DNA from: an uncultured Bacteroidota bacterium
GTDB taxonomy: Bacteria; Bacteroidota; Bacteroidia; UKL13-3
DNA: 58,044 nt
Direction of reading: 5' to 3'
Assembly: GCA_903901345.1 (NCBI GenBank)
Contig: CAIUQQ010000337.1
Coordinates: forward strand, 1 to 58,044
Numbering within the stretch: position 1 is the stretch's first letter; every line of letters begins with the position of its first letter. The position numbers and the translations under genes were made by a program. Below the pieces are notes generated by a model. That model was given only the letters and a program-made list of their open reading frames with translations. It was not told the origin of the DNA and made no database searches. This document shows, in pieces, positions 28,617 to 36,914 of the stretch.

Positions 28617-29081
28617 TTAGTAAAAACTCCATTTGGTTTTGGTATTATATCTATCACCTATTTTAGTAACTGATTTATAGGTTAAATATCCACTTGGAAT
28701 TACAAGTAACATTAATGATAAATCACCGTCAGCCATTCCTGCCAATCCAGCTAAGGTTGTAACGCTTGTGATAAAGGTAGATAAAACAAGTACGGGGTTT
28801 CTTAATGGGGTGCCTATTTTCAAATATGAAATATTTTTTACATTTAGTAACAATGTATCTTTTTTGTTTTTTACTACCGTTACATAAGGAAAATGATAAT
28901 CAATAACATTTACTTTTTGCTTAAAACTTAAGGAATCAGTTTGGTAAACTAATTTAATTTTTTTTGGCAATTGAATAGTCTTTTTATCCAATGAATTCAT
29001 TTTTTCTAACTTAATATATTGTGCGTTTGCAATTAAGTTAGCTAAAAACAAGACTATAAAAAGTATTAATTTATTTAACAT
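28617..29081 (-). CDS. Small exported protein, same family (member B)
   Basis: 154 aa with signal peptide MLNKLILFIVLFLANLIANAQ and C-terminal hydrophobic helices. It overlaps the upstream gene by 11 nt. Confidence 0.7.
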   Translation of the reverse strand: MLNKLILFIVLFLANLIANAQYIKLEKMNSLDKKTIQLPKKIKLVYQTDSLSFKQKVNVIDYHFPYVTVVKNKKDTLLLNVKNISYLKIGTPLRNPVLVLSTFITSVTTLAGLAGMADGDLSLMLLVIPSGYLTYKSVTKIGDRYNTKTKWSFY

Positions 29082-29580
29082 AAATCCTCCATTTCCTGGT
29101 GTTAAAATTCTTTGGAAGTTTCCTTATTAATGCTGCCGAGGTAATGATAGATATAGCACTCATTGGGATTCCGAGTATAATAGCGTTGGATAGCGTTGGA
29201 TCTCCCGAATCGGTTGATTTATGAAAAAAACCACCAATGGTTAATGGTGTTATAAACAAAGCCATGCCCGTAAAAAATGTAGCTGCTGTTTGAACCAAAG
29301 CATCACTTTTTTTGGAAAAATAAATGTGTGAAACTTCACCTATAGTGCAATCATAATTTTGTGGTTGATTGTAATATTTTTTGAAAAATAAACTGTCGCC
29401 TACTATTTTTTGGAGCAGCAATTTTTCGTAAGCACCATTTTTAAATTCAATATAAACCTCAGCTGGCAATACAACTGATTTTATTTTTCCATTGCTTATT
29501 TTTTCTATAAATAATTTTTGTTGTGCATTGCAAAGCAAAGCAACAATGGAAAATATAAACAGGAAATATATTTTTTTCAT
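29071..29580 (-). CDS. Small exported protein, same family (member A)
   Basis: 169 aa. MKKIYFLFIFSIVALLCNAQQ, GDSLFFKK, IYFSKK and two C-terminal helices. Confidence 0.7.
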   Translation of the reverse strand: MKKIYFLFIFSIVALLCNAQQKLFIEKISNGKIKSVVLPAEVYIEFKNGAYEKLLLQKIVGDSLFFKKYYNQPQNYDCTIGEVSHIYFSKKSDALVQTAATFFTGMALFITPLTIGGFFHKSTDSGDPTLSNAIILGIPMSAISIITSAALIRKLPKNFNTRKWRIYVK

Positions 29581-29619
29581 CTATCAAATATAATAAAATG
29601 AGGAACAAAACCTAAAAAA

Positions 29620-29799
29620 GTTGCCACAGATTCACAGATTTCACTGAAAAATTAACCACAGAGTTCACAGAGGTTTTTCACAGAGAACACAAAGGAAAGT
29701 TGCTACAAATTGCACAGATTACATTGGAAAATAACAGCAAAGGTCACAAAGGTATGCGCAAAGAACACAAAGAAATTTGCCACAGATTTTACCGATTTT
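29620..29799. repeat. CACAGA-type intergenic repeat, copies B1 plus diverged B2 in tandem
   Basis: B1 (29620-29697) is gttgccacagattcacagatttcactgaaaaattaaccacagagttcacagaggtttttcacagagaacacaaagga. B2 (29699-29799) is gttgctacaaattgcacagattacattgg...ggtcacaaagg...aagaacacaaagaaatttgccacagatttt. Confidence 0.85.
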
Positions 29800-29946
29800 C
29801 TTAAATTAATACCTCCTAAAACATCTAGTTGATGAAAACTTTTAACAAGCTTTCAGTTAATAAGGTATTTATTACCATAGGCAATTTGTGATAATAAGTT
29901 TTATAAAAAAATTATTCATAAAATATAAATTTTCTAGCAAGCTTTC

Positions 29947-30168
29947 CTAGTCTAAATCATTTATTAAATCAATTACTTTAACGTTAAGTGCAGTGGCTAT
30001 TTTCCTTAAAGTTACAATTGTTGTATTAGCTCTACCTGCTTCTATTCTATTCATATTTGACTTTTCGAAGTCGCAATTATTAGCTAATTCAACTTGACTA
30101 ATATTATTACTCAACCGAATTTCTTTTATTTTTTTGCCTAATTTTATTAAATAATCTTCGTCAGTCAT
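29947..30168 (-). CDS. XRE-family helix-turn-helix transcriptional regulator
   Basis: LGKKIKEIRLSNNISQVELANNCDFEKSNMNRIEAGRANTTIVTLRKIATALNV is a canonical HTH_3 pattern. I prefer the ATG at 30168 (the track start at 30180 is TTG). Confidence 0.85.
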   Translation of the reverse strand: MTDEDYLIKLGKKIKEIRLSNNISQVELANNCDFEKSNMNRIEAGRANTTIVTLRKIATALNVKVIDLINDLD

Positions 30169-30220
30169 ACCGACTGCCAAAATGAGTTTGAATAAAAAAA
30201 TTATGGTTATCTTTTAGGAT

Positions 30221-30266
30221 AACTTACAAAATTGTTTAGGTTTGCGTTTGTAAGTTTTAAACTTAC
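30221..30266. promoter_or_regulatory. Candidate operator: three AACTTAC/GTAAGTT half-sites in the divergent promoter region
   Basis: aacttac lies at 30221-30227, gtaagtt at 30250-30256 and aacttac at 30260-30266. The last two form the palindrome GTAAGTTT-T-AAACTTAC. The first and second are part of a 10-bp inverted repeat, AACTTACAAA N16 TTTGTAAGTT. A further inverted repeat, GTTATC N6 GATAAC, is at about 30206-30223. Confidence 0.35.
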
Positions 30267-30286
30267 TGAAAATAATTATAAATAGC

Positions 30287-30505
30287 ATGCAAACGATTGG
30301 AAGAATTTTTGGAATACTTGCCTTAATTGGAATGTTAATAGGTTTAATACCTTTTTTGGGTTGGCTAAATTGGTTGAATATTCCACTTGCAATAATTGGA
30401 CTTCTTCTATCTATTCTTGGTAAATCAAATGGAGGAATTATTATTTGTGTAGTAGCTATAATCTTTGGATTGCTTAGACTAATTTTTGGTGGCGGTATAA
30501 TTTAA
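30287..30505 (+). CDS. 72-aa small membrane protein (2-3 TM helices)
   Basis: It is almost entirely hydrophobic or Gly-rich (IFGILALIGMLIGLIPFLGWLNWL..IIGLLLSILG..IICVVAIIFGLLRLIFGGG). First gene divergent from the XRE regulator. Confidence 0.6.
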   Translation: MQTIGRIFGILALIGMLIGLIPFLGWLNWLNIPLAIIGLLLSILGKSNGGIIICVVAIIFGLLRLIFGGGII

Positions 30506-30574
30506 TTTCAAATAACTATTTGCATAAATGAATCAAACCGAATTAGATTTTTCACAAATATACTAAACACAAAA

Positions 30575-31027
30575 ATGAATTTTACATTATTACAAGCAGC
30601 AGCACAAAGAGATGGATGGAGTCAATTGATATTTTTTATTCCCCTCATGATATTTCTTGCCATAACAATATTTATTGTTATAAAAGGTAATTCCAAGCCT
30701 TTAATACCAACAATTTATTTTTTAGGAATAAGCACATTACTATTTATTACATTACTAAGTGAAATTGATACTTTTTCTAATTTTGAAAAAGCAGGAGTGA
30801 TTAGTTTTATAATAATTTTTCTTTTACCAGGTGCCTATTATCTCTATAAAACAATTGATCAAAATAGCAATAAAAGCAAAATAACTTCTTCTGCTAACTT
30901 CTCAGAAAATAATTTGCAAACAGACATTTATACTCAAATTACAAACTTGAATGAGTTGAAAGAAAAAGGAATTATAACAGAGGATGAATTCCAAGACAAA
31001 AAGAAAAAACTACTCGCAAAAATTTAA
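30575..31027 (+). CDS. Membrane protein with C-terminal SHOCT domain
   Basis: 150 aa with three hydrophobic helices, then LNELKEKGIITEDEFQDKKKKLLAKI, which matches the SHOCT short C-terminal motif. Confidence 0.7.
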   Translation: MNFTLLQAAAQRDGWSQLIFFIPLMIFLAITIFIVIKGNSKPLIPTIYFLGISTLLFITLLSEIDTFSNFEKAGVISFIIIFLLPGAYYLYKTIDQNSNKSKITSSANFSENNLQTDIYTQITNLNELKEKGIITEDEFQDKKKKLLAKI

Positions 31028-31080
31028 GAAATAAATTAACGAAAACAAACAAAAAATCAAATTTAATAATTCTATACATT

Positions 31081-31482
31081 ATGGCACTACCGCAATACTT
31101 AACACACAAACCAATAGTAGAAACTACCAATTATAAAGAAAAGGATGAGATATTTTATAACGATGCTACAGATATGGTAAATTTATCATTAGGATATGCT
31201 ACTTTTAATCCAAAAGAAATTAGTGCAAAAGTATGGAGACAAAATAAGAACTTAAAATTTAATAGTCAGTCACAAGAACTTGCTTTGCATAGAGTTTTAG
31301 ATTTGGCAATTCTAATAATTGACAACTTAAAAGTTAGCCCAATTAAAGGCGCTAAAAATATCGTAGATGTATCTAAACGAGAAGAAATTAAAAAATTTTA
31401 TGAGTTCAAAACTAATAAAAATGAAATTGACAATAGAATTGACGAACTACTGGAAGTAATTAACCATTTTAAAAGTATCTAG
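31081..31482 (+). CDS. Hypothetical soluble protein (133 aa)
   Basis: Open frame in the operon. Conserved-looking segments are LSLGYATFNPKEISAKVWRQ and ELALHRVLDLAILII. I cannot name the family with confidence. Confidence 0.6.
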   Translation: MALPQYLTHKPIVETTNYKEKDEIFYNDATDMVNLSLGYATFNPKEISAKVWRQNKNLKFNSQSQELALHRVLDLAILIIDNLKVSPIKGAKNIVDVSKREEIKKFYEFKTNKNEIDNRIDELLEVINHFKSI

Positions 31483-31487
31483 CAAAT

Positions 31488-32396
31488 ATGAACATTAAAA
31501 CGATAAAAGGTACTTTTTTAATCATTATTTGTATAGTTATTGTAAATCAAATTTCAGTAGCCCAGGTAATTAAAAAGTACAATGGAACTTATAATACAAA
31601 TGTTTCATTTGATGGAGATAATTATGCCAACTCTGAAGGAGGAATAGCCAGTTATAGTTATTATGAAAATAAAGATTTTGAAAGAATTTATCATGGAACA
31701 TTCTTATATGAAAGCAAATATCATGAAATAAAAATAAATGGATCTTTTAAAAGTAATAAAAAAGATGGATATTGGGTTTATAAGAATGAAATGTATTATT
31801 CAGTAGAAACTGTTAAAGGAAAATATATAAATGGTGTTTTGCAAGGACTTTGGGTTTATCAAGAAATAAATAAAAAATCAAAAAAAGTATTAAAAGAATC
31901 AATTGTTAATTTTAAAGATGGTATTTTAGTTGGAAAGTATTTCCTTAAAATTGATAAATTTAAAGCTATTGGAAATTTCGATTCAAATGGTAGAGGTGTG
32001 GGAGAATGGTTGATTAATTATAAAATTGAAGGAGGAGATAAAATAGAAATAAAACGAAAATATGAAAACGATATAATAACTTGGAGTCTTAAACGCAATA
32101 TTTCTAATGGAGAAATCATGAAAGATAATAAAAATATTGAAAATGAATACTATGGTAATGATGATTATGGAAACAATAAAGGAAGTAGATATTATTTTTA
32201 TTTTGATAAAGACAATATAAATGGACATGATATTTTAGGCTTTTGGTTAGAACCAGAAAGATTTAGTGCAATGGATTATAAATGTCCAATTTTTGAATAT
32301 ATTGTAAAAGGTTCTGATTTTATTTCATTTGAAGAAAGAGAGAAAAAATTAAATCCAAATAAGCAAAATGAAAATTTCAATAAAGTAGATGATTAA
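31488..32396 (+). CDS. Secreted MORN-variant repeat protein (YwqK-like)
   Basis: 302 aa with a signal peptide. It has repeats of the G.F....K.G.W.Y type (NGSFKSNKKDGYWVYKNE, GKYINGVLQGLWVYQE, FKDGILVGKYF, GNFDSNGRGVGEWLINY). Confidence 0.65.
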   Translation: MNIKTIKGTFLIIICIVIVNQISVAQVIKKYNGTYNTNVSFDGDNYANSEGGIASYSYYENKDFERIYHGTFLYESKYHEIKINGSFKSNKKDGYWVYKNEMYYSVETVKGKYINGVLQGLWVYQEINKKSKKVLKESIVNFKDGILVGKYFLKIDKFKAIGNFDSNGRGVGEWLINYKIEGGDKIEIKRKYENDIITWSLKRNISNGEIMKDNKNIENEYYGNDDYGNNKGSRYYFYFDKDNINGHDILGFWLEPERFSAMDYKCPIFEYIVKGSDFISFEEREKKLNPNKQNENFNKVDD

Positions 32397-32416
32397 CAAT
32401 ATAAATTAACAAGTTC

Positions 32417-33190
32417 ATGAGAAAAATACTTATAGCAGTACTAGCAATTATTGTCATTTCTAGTTGCGGTGGTCCAGTAATGGAAGCCAATAAAATATTT
32501 GAAGAACAAGCAGATTCAATTATAGGAAATGATATTAAATACGTAACCTCAACAATGACTTATTTGCGTTATGCAAATACATCTAATTATTGGTACAGTG
32601 AAGAGTTAACAGCAGAAGATATTATTAACGATAAATACAAAAAAGGATATAAAGGATTAACTAGACTTCAAGAAGATATTGATGCAATACCAAGTGATAA
32701 TGGTATTGTAGATGGAAGCGTTAAATCATTAAATGAAGAAATCAAAAATGCAAAAAAAGAAATAAGAAAAAAACAACTTGCGGTTGAAGAAGCAGATGGT
32801 TTATTTGGAAGGATGCTCTACGGTGGTTCTTATGGTGTATTATCTATGATAAATATGTTTGGCTCTAAAGAAGACAAGGAAAAGATGCAAAAAACAGTAA
32901 GATCTTTTCCCGCTAAAGTAAAAGAAAAATTTGAGTATTTAAACACTGCATTGATAGCGAAATTGGCAAACTGTGCGAACAAAATGAATTATTTAGAAAA
33001 TAAAACATTCGACTTAACGCAAGCAAATACGGAACAAAAAGCTGAAATCCGAACTAACTTGAAATTATTTATACGAAATAAATTTCTACAAAATAATAAT
33101 TCCTCTGACACAGCAATATTAAATGAAACAGTTAAAGACATTTTCGATTTTTATGATAAAGAATATAAGCTTATAAATACTACAAAATAA
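32417..33190 (+). CDS. Hypothetical lipoprotein (257 aa)
   Basis: MRKILIAVLAIIVISSCGG is a lipobox. The rest is helical and Lys/Glu-rich, with no recognised domain. Confidence 0.65.
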   Translation: MRKILIAVLAIIVISSCGGPVMEANKIFEEQADSIIGNDIKYVTSTMTYLRYANTSNYWYSEELTAEDIINDKYKKGYKGLTRLQEDIDAIPSDNGIVDGSVKSLNEEIKNAKKEIRKKQLAVEEADGLFGRMLYGGSYGVLSMINMFGSKEDKEKMQKTVRSFPAKVKEKFEYLNTALIAKLANCANKMNYLENKTFDLTQANTEQKAEIRTNLKLFIRNKFLQNNNSSDTAILNETVKDIFDFYDKEYKLINTTK

Positions 33191-33191
33191 T

Positions 33192-33437
33192 ATGTTTACA
33201 ATAAAATACTTTACAAAAAACAAACTAGTAGGTACTTCAAATGAACCTTCTCAAGAAGAAGCTGAATCTAATTTAGACCAGAATGATTTATACCACAAAT
33301 CAGATTACTATGAAATAATTAATACTGAAACTGATGAAGAAGTTAGTTCTGGAGAAATTCCTAGTAATGAAGACTTATTAGATGATATGTTTGGTGTTGA
33401 AGAAAACAAAGAAGGTTTCAATTGGTCTGACACATAA
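33192..33437 (+). CDS. 81-aa strongly acidic hypothetical protein
   Basis: The ATG lies 1 nt after the preceding stop. It is rich in D/E (EEAESNLDQNDL, TETDEEVSSGEIPSNEDLLDDMFGVEENKE). Confidence 0.5.
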   Translation: MFTIKYFTKNKLVGTSNEPSQEEAESNLDQNDLYHKSDYYEIINTETDEEVSSGEIPSNEDLLDDMFGVEENKEGFNWSDT

Positions 33438-33673
33438 ATTAAATAATGATAAAAAAATAATTTTAATATTTGCAACTCTTCCGCCTCTGCCAACATTTTG
33501 TTCATACATGCTATTAACCAACTTCTAACTCAGGCTTTATTATTGCAAGAGGTACAATAAAATGACACACCAACGAGACGTTGGCGAGGGAAATATTTTG
33601 CCAATTGCATATTGCCAATTGCCCATTATTTTTCCTTAAACTTGCACTCATTTTATTAGTAAAAAAACAAGCA

Positions 33674-36163
33674 TTGCAGTTCAATCCATTCCAATACAAT
33701 TTACCCGTTGCAGATATTATAGACGAGGTGAAAAACCATTTAGCCAATCACAATACTTTAATTGTAAACGCGCCTCCAGGAGCGGGAAAAAGTACGCTTT
33801 TGCCTTTGACTTTATTGGGTGAAAATTGGTTGGCTGGCAAAAAAATTATTATGTTGGAACCACGAAGGTTAGCTGCTAAAACTATTGCTACCCGCATGGC
33901 AGAACTTTGGGGCGATAAAGTGGGCGAAACCATTGGTTACCGCATTCGGTTTGAAAACCGAGTAAGTGCTCAAACTAAAATAGAAGTGGTAACCGAAGGT
34001 ATTTTAACCCGCATGTTACATACCGATAATGCATTGGAAAATGTGGGCTTGGTAATTTTTGACGAATTCCATGAACGCAGTTTATTTGCCGATGTAGCCA
34101 TGGCTTTGTGCCGAGAAGCACAACAAATATTAAGACCTGATTTGCGCATGATGGTCATGTCGGCTACGCTTAACATGCCACAATTAACTGCTTTGTTAAA
34201 TTGCCCTGTGGCAGTAAGTGAAGGAAAACAATATCCTGTTGAAATAAAATATGTAGGCGAAGGAGATGCTTTTTTATTGCCCGAAACTACTTCGCAAGTA
34301 ATAGTAAAAGCTGTGAAAGAAAATGAAGGCGATGTATTGGTATTTTTACCTGGCGAAGGAGAAATTAGAAAATGTGCTGAGTTACTAAAAAGTAAATTGT
34401 TGGACTTTGCCATTCATCCGCTATACGGACAATTACCGCAACGGGAACAATTTGCTGCTATTATGCCGAATAAAAATGGCAAACGAAAAGTGGTTTTAGC
34501 CACTTCAATTGCCGAAACTAGTTTAACCATTGAAGGAGTTAAAATAGTTATTGATTCAGGTTTTGCGCGTGTTTCCAAGTTTGACCCTAAGTCAGGATTA
34601 TCGCGGTTAGAAACAGTTCAAATTACAAAAGATTCGGCTGACCAACGTGCAGGACGTGCAGGAAGATTAAGTGCTGGCGTATGTTATAGAATGTGGACCA
34701 AGGCCAATCAGGAACGAATGATTGAACACAGAATTCCTGAAATTATGGAAGCTGATTTAGCTGCTTTGGTGCTCGACATGGCCAAGTGGGGAATTAGTAA
34801 TTTAAACCAATTAACATGGTTAAGTCCGCCTCCAAAAGCTGCGGTAATGCAAGCTGTAGATGTGCTTACCAATTTGAATGCTTTGGACACTAACAAACGC
34901 ATTACAGAACATGGAAAAGAAATTCATCAATTGCCTTGTCACCCACGAATAGCGCACATGCTTTTAAAGGCAAAACAAGACAATGCCATTGCGCTAGCAA
35001 CCGACATAGCGGCCATTTTAGAAGAGCGTGATCCGTTGCCAAAAGACAGCGGAATAGATATTAATTTACGCATAGAAGCATTGAGGCGAAGCCGCCAAAA
35101 TAATAGTGCAGGCAATAGATTTGGAAGAATAGAAAAGGTAGCAGAATCGTACCGAAAAATGCTGAACCAAGAAGCAGAAAACGGACCGGTTGATGACCAT
35201 GAAACTGGATTGTTATTGGCATATACTTATCCCGAACGCATTGCTTTTGCAAGGCCAGGGAATAATGCACAGTTTCAATTAGCCAATGGAAAAATAGCAG
35301 CCATTGGGCACCGAGATAATTTGGCAAATGAACCTTGGCTTGCTGTGGCGCATATTGATACCAGAGATGGTTTAGGGAAAATATTTATGGCATCGCCATT
35401 GAATCCAAAAGATTTATTGCCATTGGTAAAAGAGCGTGAAGTAATTACTTGGGATACCCGAAAAGGCGGTTTAATTGCCACCAAAGATTTAAGAATTGGC
35501 AGCATTGTATTGCAGTCAAAACCATTGGCAGCGCCAAACGAGGAAAATTTAGTAGCGGCTATTTGCACAGCAATAAAAAATGAAGGCGAAGCATTATTGA
35601 ATTTTGATGACGCATTTACCCAATTACAAAATAGAATTTTGAGTGTTTGCAAATGGAATCAATACAAAGATTGGCCAGATGTAAGCACCGATGAGTTATT
35701 GCTAAATAACATGGATTGGTTAGGGTTTTATTTGCCCAAAGTAAAACGACCTGATGATTTAAAGAAAATAAATTTGTGTGAAGCCTTGCTTCAATATTTA
35801 ACGTGGGAGCAGCAGCAAACTTTAAACACCTTAGCACCTGCAAAAATCAATGTGCCTAGTGGTTCTAATATAGTTATTGAATATTTGGCAAATGGCGAAA
35901 CCCCTATCCTATCGGTTCGCTTGCAAGAAGTATTTGGCATGGCTGATACTCCAACGATTAATAATGGTAAAATTCCTTTGGTATTGCATTTATTATCACC
36001 AGGATTTAAACCTGTGCAAGTAACTTCGGACTTAAGAAGTTTTTGGAACAACACTTATTTTGAAGTAAAGAAAGAACTGAAACGCAGGTATCCAAAACAC
36101 GCGTGGCCCGATGATCCTTGGACGGAAAAAGCGGTGGCTAAAGGTGGGCCGAGGAGGTTTTAG
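33674..36163 (+). CDS. hrpB: ATP-dependent RNA helicase HrpB (DEAH-box)
   Basis: PPGAGKST, DEFHER, SATL, ATSIAETSLTIEGV, QRAGRAGR and the conserved HrpB C-terminal domain (RYPKHAWPDDPW). The track start at 33581 lies in a ttgccaattgc repeat. I prefer the TTG at 33674 (M-QFNPFQYNLPVADII), but the start is uncertain. Confidence 0.9.
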   Translation: MQFNPFQYNLPVADIIDEVKNHLANHNTLIVNAPPGAGKSTLLPLTLLGENWLAGKKIIMLEPRRLAAKTIATRMAELWGDKVGETIGYRIRFENRVSAQTKIEVVTEGILTRMLHTDNALENVGLVIFDEFHERSLFADVAMALCREAQQILRPDLRMMVMSATLNMPQLTALLNCPVAVSEGKQYPVEIKYVGEGDAFLLPETTSQVIVKAVKENEGDVLVFLPGEGEIRKCAELLKSKLLDFAIHPLYGQLPQREQFAAIMPNKNGKRKVVLATSIAETSLTIEGVKIVIDSGFARVSKFDPKSGLSRLETVQITKDSADQRAGRAGRLSAGVCYRMWTKANQERMIEHRIPEIMEADLAALVLDMAKWGISNLNQLTWLSPPPKAAVMQAVDVLTNLNALDTNKRITEHGKEIHQLPCHPRIAHMLLKAKQDNAIALATDIAAILEERDPLPKDSGIDINLRIEALRRSRQNNSAGNRFGRIEKVAESYRKMLNQEAENGPVDDHETGLLLAYTYPERIAFARPGNNAQFQLANGKIAAIGHRDNLANEPWLAVAHIDTRDGLGKIFMASPLNPKDLLPLVKEREVITWDTRKGGLIATKDLRIGSIVLQSKPLAAPNEENLVAAICTAIKNEGEALLNFDDAFTQLQNRILSVCKWNQYKDWPDVSTDELLLNNMDWLGFYLPKVKRPDDLKKINLCEALLQYLTWEQQQTLNTLAPAKINVPSGSNIVIEYLANGETPILSVRLQEVFGMADTPTINNGKIPLVLHLLSPGFKPVQVTSDLRSFWNNTYFEVKKELKRRYPKHAWPDDPWTEKAVAKGGPRRF
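36063..36162 (+). repeat. Direct repeat copy 1 (authentic 3' end of hrpB)
   Basis: aagtaaagaaagaactgaaacgcaggtatccaaaacacgcgtggcccgatgatccttggacggaaaaagcggtggctaaaggtgggccgaggaggtttta. Confidence 0.9.
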
Positions 36164-36167
36164 TTTT

Positions 36168-36250
36168 TCGCCACGGATTGCACAGATTACACTGAGAATT
36201 TAACCACAGAGTTCGCAAAGGATTGCACAGAGAACACAAAAGGATTTGCT
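36168..36250. repeat. CACAGA-type intergenic repeat, copy C (diverged)
   Basis: tcgccacggattgcacagattacactgagaatttaaccacagagttcgcaaaggattgcacagagaacacaaaaggatttgct. A CTGCG-type stutter (aatctgcgagtttctgcgaaatctgcggg) follows at about 36312-36340. Confidence 0.8.
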
Positions 36251-36442
36251 CGAAATTGAATCAAACTAATCCTTAAATCAAAAAAATAAAAGTGGAGACA
36301 AAGTGAGAAAAAATCTGCGAGTTTCTGCGAAATCTGCGGGCAAAATTGTTGCTGGTATTCCTGCGATAAAACAAACAACAACAAAAAAATTGACTCAAGG
36401 AAGTTTTAGATTATTATTGCAAATATTATATTTAATAAAGAA

Positions 36443-36898
36443 ATGGAAAAAAAGTATTTCATAAATAAATCTAAAGATTTAAAACTTCTAGGCCAATTTG
36501 GTCTGTTTGGTTTGATTGGTGCAGCAGCTTTAGTTGTTATAAATATTATAAGCGTTTATCTATTTAGCTTTACAATCAATTTTTACATTCTTGGATTACC
36601 GGCAGTATTATTTCTTTTATACTTACCAAGAGTTCTAATTTTAATGTATTTCCCTGTTATTGTAATAAATGATACATATAGTAAGTATTTTAATGTTATT
36701 GGTTACAACAAGCTAAAGTGGATTGATTTTGATTTTGCAACTTATGATGAGAACAGCTTAATTATTTCTTGCATGTTATCAAATGGAAGGATATTAAACA
36801 GATTAGATTTAGCTAACTTAAATCTTGAAGATAGAATTGAAATAATAGAAATATTTCAATCAAAAACAGAAGTTAAAATAATTGAGACTAATAAGTAA
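36443..36898 (+). CDS. Hypothetical membrane protein (2-3 TM plus soluble C-terminal domain) inside duplication-bounded cassette
   Basis: 151 aa. Hydrophobic helices LFGLIGAAALVVINIISVYLF and ILGLPAVLFLLYLPRVLILMYFPVIVI. No recognised domain. Confidence 0.65.
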   Translation: MEKKYFINKSKDLKLLGQFGLFGLIGAAALVVINIISVYLFSFTINFYILGLPAVLFLLYLPRVLILMYFPVIVINDTYSKYFNVIGYNKLKWIDFDFATYDENSLIISCMLSNGRILNRLDLANLNLEDRIEIIEIFQSKTEVKIIETNK

Positions 36899-36914
36899 TA
36901 TAGGATTTTTTTTT

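Noticed and set aside
33581-33673. N-terminal 31-aa extension of hrpB in the track ORF
   Set aside because: It starts at a TTG within a ttgccaattgcatattgccaattgcc stutter (also seen at about 7591-7604). The helicase N-terminus aligns better from the TTG at 33674. The start remains uncertain.
33748-36054. Seven antisense or off-frame ORFs inside hrpB (up to 147 aa)
   Set aside because: They are fully nested in a well-supported DEAH helicase gene and have low-complexity or Ser/Ala/Lys-rich composition. Higher local G+C explains them.
36187-36384. 65-aa minus-strand ORF
   Set aside because: It lies entirely within CACAGA/CTGCG-type intergenic repeats, which typically produce spurious repeat-derived ORFs.
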